Shown here in pieces: positions 1 to 8,038 of a stretch of 10,914 bases of DNA. The stretch covers positions 1-10,914 of the forward strand of contig JBHHYI010000139.1 in assembly GCA_046757525.1 (NCBI GenBank), given 5' to 3'. Positions within the stretch are counted from its first letter, which is position 1. Every line of letters starts with the position of its first letter. This stretch comes from a bacterium. GTDB taxonomy: Bacteria; Zhuqueibacterota; Zhuqueibacteria; Oceanimicrobiales; Oceanimicrobiaceae. The position numbers were made by a program, and so were the translations under genes. Under the pieces are notes generated by a model. That model was not told where the DNA came from. It made no database searches and saw only the letters and a list, made by a program, of their open reading frames with translations.

Positions 1-165
1 ATGTCGGTGCATAAGTCCGGCTCCGGGTTAGCCTTTGTGAACAGCTTGTTTACCATGCACAATCTGTGGGTAGCGCTTTGGGAAATCGTGGTCTTTGTGC
101 CGATCTTAGGCGTCATTAAGTTGCTAAAAAAGCGCAAAAAGTTGGTTATTACCCTGGGGACTTGA
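1..165 (+). CDS. Probable 3' end of an upstream membrane protein gene (possibly a YdjM/DUF457-like membrane-bound metal-dependent hydrolase); likely truncated by the window edge
   Basis: Frame +1 is open from base 1 to TGA at 163-165 (MSVHKSGSGLAFVNSLFTMHNLWVALWEIVVFVPILGVIKLLKKRKKLVITLGT*). It has a hydrophobic helix followed by a basic KKRKK patch and stops 7 nt before the next ATG. The family suggestion rests only on recalled similarity of 'SLF.MHN....WEI...P' and is weak. Confidence 0.55.
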   Translation: MSVHKSGSGLAFVNSLFTMHNLWVALWEIVVFVPILGVIKLLKKRKKLVITLGT

Positions 166-172
166 GGGCAAA

Positions 173-1114
173 ATGAATCCAGTTGAATATTCAGTAGTCG
201 TTCCGGTCATGAACGAGGCAGAAAATGTGGAGCTGCTTTACAGATCCATTAAAGCGGTCTTTGAAATGATGGGCGACTCCTACGAAATCATCATGGTAGA
301 TGACGGCAGCACGGACGAGACCTACTCCATATTGCAGGCGCTCAACCGCCGGGACAAGCACCTGAAAGTCGTCAAGTTTCGCCGCAATTTCGGCCAGTCG
401 GCGGCCATGGCGGCCGGGTTTGAGCATGCGCGTGGCCACATCGTCATTTCCATGGACGGCGATTTGCAAAACGATCCCAAGGACATTCCCGCCATGGTGG
501 CGAAGCTCCGCGAAGGTTACGACATCGTGGCCGGTTGGCGCAAGAACCGTCAGGACAAAATGATCATTCGCAAAGTGCCGTCAAAAATTGCCAACAAGAT
601 CATTCGCTTTTTCACCGGTGTGCAGCTTCACGATACCGGCTGTTCTCTCAAGGTTTACCGTTCGGAAATCATCAAAAAAATTAGGCTGTACGGTGAGATG
701 CACCGGTTTATCCCGGCGTTGGCGCGCATCGAAGGTGCCAGGTTTGCCGAAATGGTGGTCGCGCACCACGCGCGCAAATTTGGGCAGTCGAAATACAATT
801 TGACCCGCACGTTCAAAGTCATCATGGACTTGACCACTCTGAATCTGTTTATCAAGTATTTAACCAAACCCGTGCACTTCTTCGGCAAGCTGGGCTTCCT
901 GTTTAATGTTTTCGGCGTGACGGCTCTGGCCGTCTGTGGTTATTTTGTTCTGAAAGGCTTTGACGACCTGGCGAGCATGAACGTGCTGCTGTCGATCGCC
1001 TTTTTGCTGATCGCAGCGGGCTTTCAGTTTTTTTTCTTCGGGCTCATCGCCAATATGGTTGTGAAAACCGGAGAGAAGAAGAACGGTCAGCTCAAAGAAT
1101 ATTTTTCACTCTGA
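173..1114 (+). CDS. GT2 glycosyltransferase, ArnC/GtrB/DPM1-like polyprenol-phosphate glycosyltransferase with two C-terminal TM helices
   Basis: 313 aa; SVVVPVMNE, VDDGSTD, RNFGQSAAMAAG, DxD motif MDGDLQNDP (452-478), GWR..R.D, HDTGCSLK, GEMHRFIP, SKY; two hydrophobic C-terminal segments. GAGGG 164-168 is a possible RBS. Confidence 0.92.
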   Translation: MNPVEYSVVVPVMNEAENVELLYRSIKAVFEMMGDSYEIIMVDDGSTDETYSILQALNRRDKHLKVVKFRRNFGQSAAMAAGFEHARGHIVISMDGDLQNDPKDIPAMVAKLREGYDIVAGWRKNRQDKMIIRKVPSKIANKIIRFFTGVQLHDTGCSLKVYRSEIIKKIRLYGEMHRFIPALARIEGARFAEMVVAHHARKFGQSKYNLTRTFKVIMDLTTLNLFIKYLTKPVHFFGKLGFLFNVFGVTALAVCGYFVLKGFDDLASMNVLLSIAFLLIAAGFQFFFFGLIANMVVKTGEKKNGQLKEYFSL

Positions 1115-1129
1115 ATCTGAAGGACTTTA

Positions 1130-2128
1130 ATGGAAGAACAAGTTTTGACCCAGGAAAAACCCCGCGACGCAAAGGTTGCAGCAGCGGTGTCGTCGGTTAA
1201 GACGAAGACCTCGGTTATCGTTACCGTTTACAATTTTGAGAGAGATGTGCAGCCCCTGTACCAATCGCTTTTGGATTCGTTGCAGCAAACGCAGCAGGAT
1301 TTTGAAGTGATTTTCGTCGATGACGGCAGCGAAGACAACACCTGGGGGCGGCTCAAAGAATTGTCGGCCGATGAATGGCGGGTCAAGCTGGTGCGTTTGC
1401 GCACCCGTTTCGACGAGTCCGCCTGTTTCGATGCCGGTTTCAAGCAGGCCAGCGGCGACAAAATCGTATTCCTGACCACCCGCGTTCGCGTAAACCCGAC
1501 CCAGATTGCGAATCTGCTGGCAAAGCTGGACCAGGACTTTGATCTGGTGATAGGGTGGAGGCATCCGCGCAGAGATTCCAGGCTGAACCAGTTCATCTCG
1601 TGGATATTCAATGCGATGGTCAAGACATTTTCAAAGCTGGCGCTGAAAGACATCAACAGCGGCGTGCTGGCCGTCCGTCGCGAGGTGCTGGAAGAAATTG
1701 CGCTCTACGGCAATTTGAATATCTTTTTACCCATTTTAGCCCACCGAAAAGGGTACAAGGTAACCGACGAAAAAATCGAGCAGCTTGCCGGCACCTTCCG
1801 CAAATCCAAATATGTCTCCGAATATTTTCAGCGCTTGTTAGACATTGTGACCGTTATTTTCCTGACCAACTATTCCAAAAAGCCATTGCATTTCCTGGGC
1901 TTCTTTGGTCTAATATTTGCTATTTGTGGCGCGGCCATGAATCTATACCTTTTCGTCTATCGGTTGTTTCAATTTGGGCCAATTGCCGGCCGGCCTTTGT
2001 TGCTTTTAGGAGCACTGCTGCTGGTCATCGGCATCCAAATGATTTCCATCGGATTGATCGGCGAAATGATTATTTTCACCCATGCCAAGGACATTAAAGA
2101 GTACACCATCGAAGAGATCTTAGATTGA
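1130..2128 (+). CDS. GT2 ArnC/GtrB-like paralog with degenerate DxD motif (possibly catalytically inactive)
   Basis: 332 aa, colinear with 173..1114: VDDGSED, GWR.PR.D, KDINSG, SKY, two TM helices with RPLLLLG..L...G.Q.IS.GLIGEM. The position of MDGDLQNDP reads LTTRVRVNP. AAGGA lies upstream. Confidence 0.88.
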   Translation: MEEQVLTQEKPRDAKVAAAVSSVKTKTSVIVTVYNFERDVQPLYQSLLDSLQQTQQDFEVIFVDDGSEDNTWGRLKELSADEWRVKLVRLRTRFDESACFDAGFKQASGDKIVFLTTRVRVNPTQIANLLAKLDQDFDLVIGWRHPRRDSRLNQFISWIFNAMVKTFSKLALKDINSGVLAVRREVLEEIALYGNLNIFLPILAHRKGYKVTDEKIEQLAGTFRKSKYVSEYFQRLLDIVTVIFLTNYSKKPLHFLGFFGLIFAICGAAMNLYLFVYRLFQFGPIAGRPLLLLGALLLVIGIQMISIGLIGEMIIFTHAKDIKEYTIEEILD

Positions 2129-3138
2129 TGAAGCTCATCATCCAAATTCCTTGCTTCAACGAGGCAGAAACGCTGCCGGAGACCATTGGCGATCTGCCGA
2201 AAGCCATTGCAGGCGTCGACGAGGTGGAAACCCTGGTGGTCGACGACGGCAGCGCAGACGCCACCGTGGAGGTAGCGCGCAGCCTTGGCGTCAACCATAT
2301 CGTGCGCCACACCAACAACAAGGGACTGGCTGAGGCCTTCATGACCGGCCTCGATGCCTGTTTAAAGCTCGGCGCTGACATCATCGTCAATACGGACGGC
2401 GACAACCAATACTGTGGTGGTAACATCGCTGATTTGGTGCAGCCTATTTTGCAAGGCGATGCCGACATCGTCATCGGCGACCGACAGACCAATGGCATCG
2501 CGCATTTTTCTTTTGCCAAAAAGCGTTTGCAAAGCGTAGGCAGTTGGGTGGTGCGCCACGTTTCCGACACCCGGGTACCGGACGCCCCCAGCGGTTTCCG
2601 CGCCTTTAGCCGCGAAGCCGCCCTGAGAATGAACGTGATTTCGAAATTTTCCTATACTTTGGAAACGATTATCCAGGCTGGCAAAAAGAATCTGGCCGTG
2701 ACCTCGGTTCCGGTTAAGACCAACAAAAAACTCAGGGAATCCAGACTGTTCACCAGCATTCCCAGATATCTTAAGAGGTCTTTGTCGACCATCTTCAGAA
2801 TCTACACCATGTATGAACCACTCAAGACCTTTTCTTACATCGGTGGCGCTGTGTTTGGCGGTGGCGTTTTGATCTCCTTGAGATTTTTGTACTTTTATCT
2901 CACCGGCAACGGTGGCGGCCACATTCAGTCTTTGATTCTGGCAGCGGTTCTGATGATGATCGGGTTTCAGGTGGCCATGATCGGGCTGGTCGCCGACTTG
3001 ATCGGCAGCCTTCGTCGCCTGGTGGAAGATACGCTTTTCAGAGTAAAGAAGCTCGAGTTGCGAGAAAAATCGCACACCAACGGATCGGTCAAGAAAAAAG
3101 CTGGAAGGCAAAAAAAGATTTTGTCTCAAGACAAGTAA
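2128..3138 (+). CDS. GT2 glycosyltransferase (DPM1-like), two C-terminal TM helices, Lys-rich tail
   Basis: IQIPCFNEAETL, VDDGSAD, NKGLAEAF..G, DxD motif NTDGDNQY, DAPSGFRAFSR, FSYTLE. Start placed at ATG 2128 (TGATG overlap with the previous stop) rather than TTG 2125. Confidence 0.92.
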   Translation: MKLIIQIPCFNEAETLPETIGDLPKAIAGVDEVETLVVDDGSADATVEVARSLGVNHIVRHTNNKGLAEAFMTGLDACLKLGADIIVNTDGDNQYCGGNIADLVQPILQGDADIVIGDRQTNGIAHFSFAKKRLQSVGSWVVRHVSDTRVPDAPSGFRAFSREAALRMNVISKFSYTLETIIQAGKKNLAVTSVPVKTNKKLRESRLFTSIPRYLKRSLSTIFRIYTMYEPLKTFSYIGGAVFGGGVLISLRFLYFYLTGNGGGHIQSLILAAVLMMIGFQVAMIGLVADLIGSLRRLVEDTLFRVKKLELREKSHTNGSVKKKAGRQKKILSQDK

Positions 3139-3159
3139 TTCTTAAGAGGTGCCCACGAA

Positions 3160-4221
3160 ATGAAAGTAGCTGTCATTGGCGTCGGGAAGATGGGGTTGCT
3201 GCATGCGGGGATTATGAACGCGCTGGAAGGCATAGAGCTTTGCGCGATTTCTGACACTTCGAGTCTACTGCTCAATTTCGCCAGACATCTCAAGAAGACG
3301 ATCCATGTCTACGACGACTATGTGAAGATGCTGGACAAAGAAAAGCCGCAAGTGGCTGTCATCACAACACCGGTGTTTTTGCACGTGCCCATGGCCAAAC
3401 AATGCGTGCAACGAGACATTGCCTTTCTGGTCGAGAAGCCGCTGAGCGCTTTTAGCGACGAAGCTACCGATCTGGTGCAGGACATCAAAGCCAGGAATTT
3501 GACGACCATGGTGGGCTATATGATGCGCTACGCGGAAACTTTTGCCAAAGCAAAGGAGATCATCGCGTCCGGGGTGTTGGGCCGTCTCATCACCTTTAAA
3601 GCCACCATCTACGTTTCCCAGCTCTTTAAGACCGGCAAGGGTTGGCGCTACAACAAGAAGGAATCGGGTGGCGGCGTGGTCATCGGTCAGGCAACCCATT
3701 TGATCGATCTGCTGCAATGGTATTTTGGAGATTTGGTGCGGGTGTCGGCGCACACCAGAAATTGGTATTCTGAGGAGGTGGAAGATTTTGCCCATGTTTA
3801 TTTTGAATTTGAAAACGGCTTGACCGGCTGGTTTGATTCCTCCTGGAGTGTTCGGCACCACCGTTTGCTCGAGATCAGCATCGATGTCAACGGTGAATTC
3901 GGCAATCTCGTGGTTTCCGACGATGTGGTCAAACTCTTCCTGGAAAAGAGCTTTAACGGCTACGGAGTTGGTTGGACCAACTTTTACAAACCGGACCTGT
4001 TTCAGGGCGTGGAGATCGACCTCGGCGGTCCGCAGTACACGCGCCAGGATGTCCGTTTTATCGAAGCGGTCAAAAACAGCCAACAGGTGGAAAGCGACGT
4101 GGCCAATGCTCACAAAGTTCAAAAGATAGTGGATGCAATCTACGCCTCGGCTGACCAGCACGGCGCCCCGGTCGAGATTAGCCGGGTTGGCGGTCAGGTG
4201 TCTTCGGATTCCTCGAAATGA
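3160..4221 (+). CDS. Gfo/Idh/MocA family NAD(P)-dependent oxidoreductase
   Basis: 353 aa; Rossmann motif VIGVGKMGLLH, ITTPVFLH, VEKPL, VGYMMRY, SGGGV...ATHLIDLL, EDFA. AGAGGT RBS at about 3145-3150. Confidence 0.93.
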   Translation: MKVAVIGVGKMGLLHAGIMNALEGIELCAISDTSSLLLNFARHLKKTIHVYDDYVKMLDKEKPQVAVITTPVFLHVPMAKQCVQRDIAFLVEKPLSAFSDEATDLVQDIKARNLTTMVGYMMRYAETFAKAKEIIASGVLGRLITFKATIYVSQLFKTGKGWRYNKKESGGGVVIGQATHLIDLLQWYFGDLVRVSAHTRNWYSEEVEDFAHVYFEFENGLTGWFDSSWSVRHHRLLEISIDVNGEFGNLVVSDDVVKLFLEKSFNGYGVGWTNFYKPDLFQGVEIDLGGPQYTRQDVRFIEAVKNSQQVESDVANAHKVQKIVDAIYASADQHGAPVEISRVGGQVSSDSSK

Positions 4222-4330
4222 CAACACTGCCGGGCTCTGGACTAAAGTGAAGGTCCGTTGGTACCATAGTTTAACGAGTAATTGCAACCTTGCAAGTAAG
4301 TAGAATCAATTTTCTTTAGGAGCAGTAAGG

Positions 4331-5266
4331 ATGCTGGATGACATCGTTTTAGGACATAATCAATTTTTTGGCGTGAACCATCTGGTGGCGGCGACGGGTA
4401 ACCAGAAAGAAGCTTATTTCAGCGACATCTCGCGCATCATGGACATCATAAATTTTGCGTATGATCTGGACGTAAAAGCGATGATGATGTCCACCCACGA
4501 ACGGGCCGGTCTGGTGGCCCGGGAGGTTTTGCGGGACCCTCGACTCAAGAACGATCTGGGGGTCTATCTTCTGGTGCCTTATGTCGCAAAATACATTAAA
4601 CAGGCTAACGAGAAGGGGTTGGTGAATATCGTCAAAGAAGCGCTGGGTGGCACCAGCTTTCAGGAAAAACTCAGCATGTTTGTTCGTGGCGGCGTGGGTT
4701 TGATTACCAAAGATGTCAGCAAGATGCTCACGGCAATGATTGACTTTGAAGTAGCGCAGTTTAAAGATTTGAACTTGCGCGCGATCTTTCTGCACGACGT
4801 CATGACCGATTTGGTGTTAGGGTGGGACATGGCCGACGTGCTGCAATTGTTTGCGACTCATGTTGCGAAGAAATACCAGGCCATTCCAGCGTTCTGCACC
4901 AAGAATTTGCCCAAATTGATGCGGCTTCTAAAAAACACCGATATTGAGAATCCCCTGATCATGGCTTCGATCAACAAAATGGGATTTCAGGTGAATCCTT
5001 CGCTGGCAGCGTTTGAGGACTGCTTGCGACAAAACCCACTGCGACTTTTAGCCATGAGCACGCTGGCGGCTGGCTATTTAAAGCCGCGGGAAGCTTACGA
5101 ATATCTTTTCTCCTTGCCAAGGGTGGCGTCGGTAGTCGTGGGGGTTTCAAGCACCGGGCACGCGGAGGAGACCTTTGATGAAATTCGGCGCCAAAAGCAA
5201 AATGGACAAATGGATTCCAGCCAAATGCAGAGGGACGCTGCAAGCATAGAACAAGTGAACATTTAG
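4331..5266 (+). CDS. Hypothetical protein, probable aldo/keto-reductase-like (beta/alpha)8 barrel
   Basis: 311 aa, AGGAG RBS at 4318-4322. N-terminal LGHNQFFGVNH. The C-terminal AMSTLAAGYLKPREAYEYLFSLPRVASVVVGVSSTGHAEE resembles the AKR C-terminal cofactor-binding pattern (AMxxLaaG...P.V..vvvG.ss..h..e). The fold assignment is an inference. Confidence 0.7.
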   Translation: MLDDIVLGHNQFFGVNHLVAATGNQKEAYFSDISRIMDIINFAYDLDVKAMMMSTHERAGLVAREVLRDPRLKNDLGVYLLVPYVAKYIKQANEKGLVNIVKEALGGTSFQEKLSMFVRGGVGLITKDVSKMLTAMIDFEVAQFKDLNLRAIFLHDVMTDLVLGWDMADVLQLFATHVAKKYQAIPAFCTKNLPKLMRLLKNTDIENPLIMASINKMGFQVNPSLAAFEDCLRQNPLRLLAMSTLAAGYLKPREAYEYLFSLPRVASVVVGVSSTGHAEETFDEIRRQKQNGQMDSSQMQRDAASIEQVNI

Positions 5267-5293
5267 TACCTTTAATAAGAGTGGTGAGTCTGA

Positions 5294-6445
5294 ATGAAAA
5301 TTACCATGGTCGGTAGTCTCCCACCAATTAAGGGGATGAGCGCTTATTGTCTGCAGCAGGTCCAGGCCCTGTCCAGGTTAGTGGAAATCGATTTCATTAA
5401 TTTCAAATCCATCTACCCACCGATTTTCTATCCCATCGCGCCCAAAGAAGAGGACAGGGTTTTTAAAGCAAGACTAAACGGCAGCGTCAAAGTGGCCGAT
5501 CGTCTGCGCTGGTACAACCCCATCGGTTCCTGTCTGGCGGGATGGCAAGCCCGGACTCAGATCGTGCATTTCCACTGGTGGACCTCTTTCTTATTCGTCG
5601 TGTTTTATCCTTTGACCCGCTTTGCAAAATTGCGGGGCAGGAAGATCGTCTGCACCGTTCACAATGTTTTGGGGCATGAATCCAACTTGTTCGACCGCTG
5701 GTTGTGCCGGACCATGCTGGCGGTTCCGGACAAATTCATCGTCCACTCGGAGAAGAATAGAGAGCAGCTCATCGATGTATTCAAAGTCGATGCCCAGGAC
5801 ATCGAGGTCATTCCCCACGGTAGCTACGATTTTTACAAGGAAGACAAGGTCGATCAGAACGAGGCCAGAAAGGTTTTAGGGCTGGAGGCAACGGATCCGA
5901 TGATCCTGTTCTTCGGCCACGTGCGCGATTACAAAGGGGTGGACACGCTGCTGCAAGCCATGGCGTTGGTGCGCGACGAAATCCCCCGGGTCAAGTGCGT
6001 TCTCGCCGGCAAAAACTGGGTGCCATGGGAACCGTATCAGGCGATCATCGAAAAGCTGGGTTTGCACCAGGTGGTGCAGGCGGATTTAGAGTACGTGCCT
6101 TCATCAAAAGTGCAGTATTTGTACTCCGCCGCTGATGTGGTCGTGCTGCCTTACAGGCATTTCGACTCACAAAGCGGGCCTGGCAATATTGCTTTGGGGT
6201 TCAACAAACCGCTGGTGGTGAGCAATGTTGGTGGACTGCCCGATCTCGTGCGCGACAAAAACGCCGTTTTCGAGCCAGGCGATGTGGACGGGCTGGCCAA
6301 AGCGCTGCTGAGAATCCTAACAGAGCCAGCTTACAAAAAGAAGCTGTCGAACGACTCAGCGGAGCTGGCAAAAAAATACAGTTGGGACGACATCGCCCGC
6401 AAAACCGTTGATTTGTACCAAAAAATTCTGACTTCAAACCACTGA
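5294..6445 (+). CDS. GT4 (GT-B fold) glycosyltransferase
   Basis: 383 aa; TVHNVLGHE, VIPHG, ILFFGHVRDYKGVDTLL, ADVVVLPY, PLVVSNVGGLPDLV, YSWD.IA. Confidence 0.92.
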   Translation: MKITMVGSLPPIKGMSAYCLQQVQALSRLVEIDFINFKSIYPPIFYPIAPKEEDRVFKARLNGSVKVADRLRWYNPIGSCLAGWQARTQIVHFHWWTSFLFVVFYPLTRFAKLRGRKIVCTVHNVLGHESNLFDRWLCRTMLAVPDKFIVHSEKNREQLIDVFKVDAQDIEVIPHGSYDFYKEDKVDQNEARKVLGLEATDPMILFFGHVRDYKGVDTLLQAMALVRDEIPRVKCVLAGKNWVPWEPYQAIIEKLGLHQVVQADLEYVPSSKVQYLYSAADVVVLPYRHFDSQSGPGNIALGFNKPLVVSNVGGLPDLVRDKNAVFEPGDVDGLAKALLRILTEPAYKKKLSNDSAELAKKYSWDDIARKTVDLYQKILTSNH

Positions 6446-6466
6446 GGTTGGAATGCTGATCTTGGA

Positions 6467-7894
6467 ATGAAGAAACAGATGATTGCACGCGGCACTATTC
6501 TGATGATGTTGGGGCAGGCCTCGTTCCTACTGTCGGCTTTTGCTATTAATTTTGGGTTGGCCAGACTGCTGGGTCCGAGCGATTATGGCACCTTTGGGCT
6601 GGTGATGTCGGTGCTGATCGTGATCGAGCTATTTGTGATCACTGGCATCCCAGAGCTGGTGCAAAAATTCGGCGGCGAAAAGCCGGAAAACATGTATTTG
6701 CTGAAACACAAGACGCTGCCCTGGCAGCTCTTTTATTCTTGCCTCGTTTTTGTGTTGTTCTGGTTGGCCAGTTCCAGGATTGCCCAATCGTTTGGCGACA
6801 CAGCTTTGGCCTATTTTCTGCGTATCGCTTCCATTGACATCGTCTTTTACGGACTGTTCAAGTATTACCAGGGGCTGCAAAACGGTCTACACCGGTTCGA
6901 CAAACATGCGGTGCTGGGCATTTGCTACGCCGGTTCCAAAGTCGTTGCCATTTTCGGATTGGTGCTTTCCGGTTTTTCGTTGGCGGGTGCTCTGGTTGGC
7001 AACATGCTCGGTTCCATCGGCGGCCTGGCCGTGGGTGTTTGGGTGACGCGAATTCCAAAGGCATCCGGTGAACTGGATCCCATTCCTTATGTTAAATTCA
7101 TCGTACCGAATATCTTGTATTTTGTTGGACTTTATCTCTTTTTTTGCATAGATTTATGGTTTGTAAAAATCTACCAGAGCGACTTAGAGGTCGGCTACTA
7201 CGTGTCGGCGGGCGCCCTGGCCAGGATTCCTTACGTGTTTTCCATCGCGTTGTCGGCGGCGTTGCTGCCGTCCTTGTCCAAAGCCACGCGCTTGCGGGAT
7301 GAAAAACAGGTGCGCGCCATGGTGCGGGAGTCCTTGCGTTACATGATCATGTTTCTGCTGCTGTTCAGCGTGGTAGTGGTCACCACGGCGCGGTCTCTGG
7401 TGAGCACGCTTTTCGGTCGGGAGTATGTCGCTGCGGCGCCGGCCCTGGCGATTCTGATCGTCGGGTTGTCGCTGATCACAATCTTTGCCGTACTCAATAC
7501 CGTGTTGCAGTCGCGCGGCCGCATGACTCTGAGCTTTGTGCTCATGGCGGTTCTGGTGGTTCTGGATGTGGCTGCCAACGCCGTTCTGGTGCCCCGCTTT
7601 GGCATCAAGGGGGCCGCCCTGGCGACAACGACCGTCGCTGCCGTGGGCGCACTGTTGAGCACGGTTTTCGTGCGAGTAGACATCAAAGCGCTGCTACCCT
7701 CGCTTTCCACACTGCGCATGACCGGTATTGCGCTAATAGTGTTTGCGATCTCGTTTTGGTCGCCGGGGCTCAATTCCCTGGTGCTGCTGAAATGTGCGGG
7801 CCTGAGCGGGATTTATTTCCTGCTGCTCTGGCTCAGCGGTGAGGTTAACAGTGCAGATTTTGGTAAACTGAAGGCTGTGATTAGCAAGGCCTGA
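6467..7894 (+). CDS. wzx: Wzx/MOP-superfamily oligosaccharide flippase (polysaccharide biosynthesis transporter)
   Basis: 475 aa, highly hydrophobic with many TM helices; LARLLGPSDYG, EVGYY.SA, ALLPSLS, LFGREY..A, N.VLVPRFGIKGAALAT are typical Wzx/RfbX signatures. Confidence 0.88.
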   Translation: MKKQMIARGTILMMLGQASFLLSAFAINFGLARLLGPSDYGTFGLVMSVLIVIELFVITGIPELVQKFGGEKPENMYLLKHKTLPWQLFYSCLVFVLFWLASSRIAQSFGDTALAYFLRIASIDIVFYGLFKYYQGLQNGLHRFDKHAVLGICYAGSKVVAIFGLVLSGFSLAGALVGNMLGSIGGLAVGVWVTRIPKASGELDPIPYVKFIVPNILYFVGLYLFFCIDLWFVKIYQSDLEVGYYVSAGALARIPYVFSIALSAALLPSLSKATRLRDEKQVRAMVRESLRYMIMFLLLFSVVVVTTARSLVSTLFGREYVAAAPALAILIVGLSLITIFAVLNTVLQSRGRMTLSFVLMAVLVVLDVAANAVLVPRFGIKGAALATTTVAAVGALLSTVFVRVDIKALLPSLSTLRMTGIALIVFAISFWSPGLNSLVLLKCAGLSGIYFLLLWLSGEVNSADFGKLKAVISKA

Positions 7895-7918
7895 ACGAAT
7901 TGGCAAAAGCAACAACTT

Positions 7919-8007
7919 AACACCGAAGGAGACCGAATCAAAACAATTGACGTCGGAATCCTGGGGTTATTGAAATCATTCAACGTTCTTCGGTGTCCTT
8001 GAGTGTT
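7919..8007. repeat. Imperfect inverted-repeat element (19-bp arms)
   Basis: AACACCGAAGGAGACCGAA (7919-7937) matches the reverse complement of TTCGGTGTCCTTGAGTGTT (7989-8007) at 16/19. An alternative perfect 9-bp pairing is ACACCGAAG (7920-7928) / CTTCGGTGT (7988-7996). Confidence 0.6.
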
Positions 8008-8038
8008 TCAGTAGTGTTTGCATGAAAACACAGCATTG

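Noticed and set aside
173..1114. Gene symbol arnC
   Set aside because: Family-level similarity only; no arnA/B/D/T context in the window, so substrate and orthology cannot be assigned.
1130..2128. Calling the second GT2 a pseudogene
   Set aside because: No frameshift or internal stop, structural motifs and TM region are preserved, and it is translationally coupled to the next gene.
2125..2130. TTG start at 2125 from the ORF track
   Set aside because: ATG at 2128 overlaps the upstream stop (TGATG) and gives the typical MKLIIQIP start.
2362..3129. 255-aa minus-strand ORF and the other 60-180 aa overlapping ORFs across the operon
   Set aside because: All overlap well-supported + strand genes and lack motifs or plausible protein composition.
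3265..4287. 340-aa minus-strand ORF
   Set aside because: Almost entirely antisense to the clear Gfo/Idh/MocA gene with no recognisable motifs; a typical shadow ORF arising from codon bias.
4282..4306. Possible internal sigma70 promoter (TTGCAA twice, TAGAAT)
   Set aside because: Spacers are 13 and 5 nt, not about 17. The TTGCAA-CC-TTGCAA palindrome could be an operator but is too short to support.
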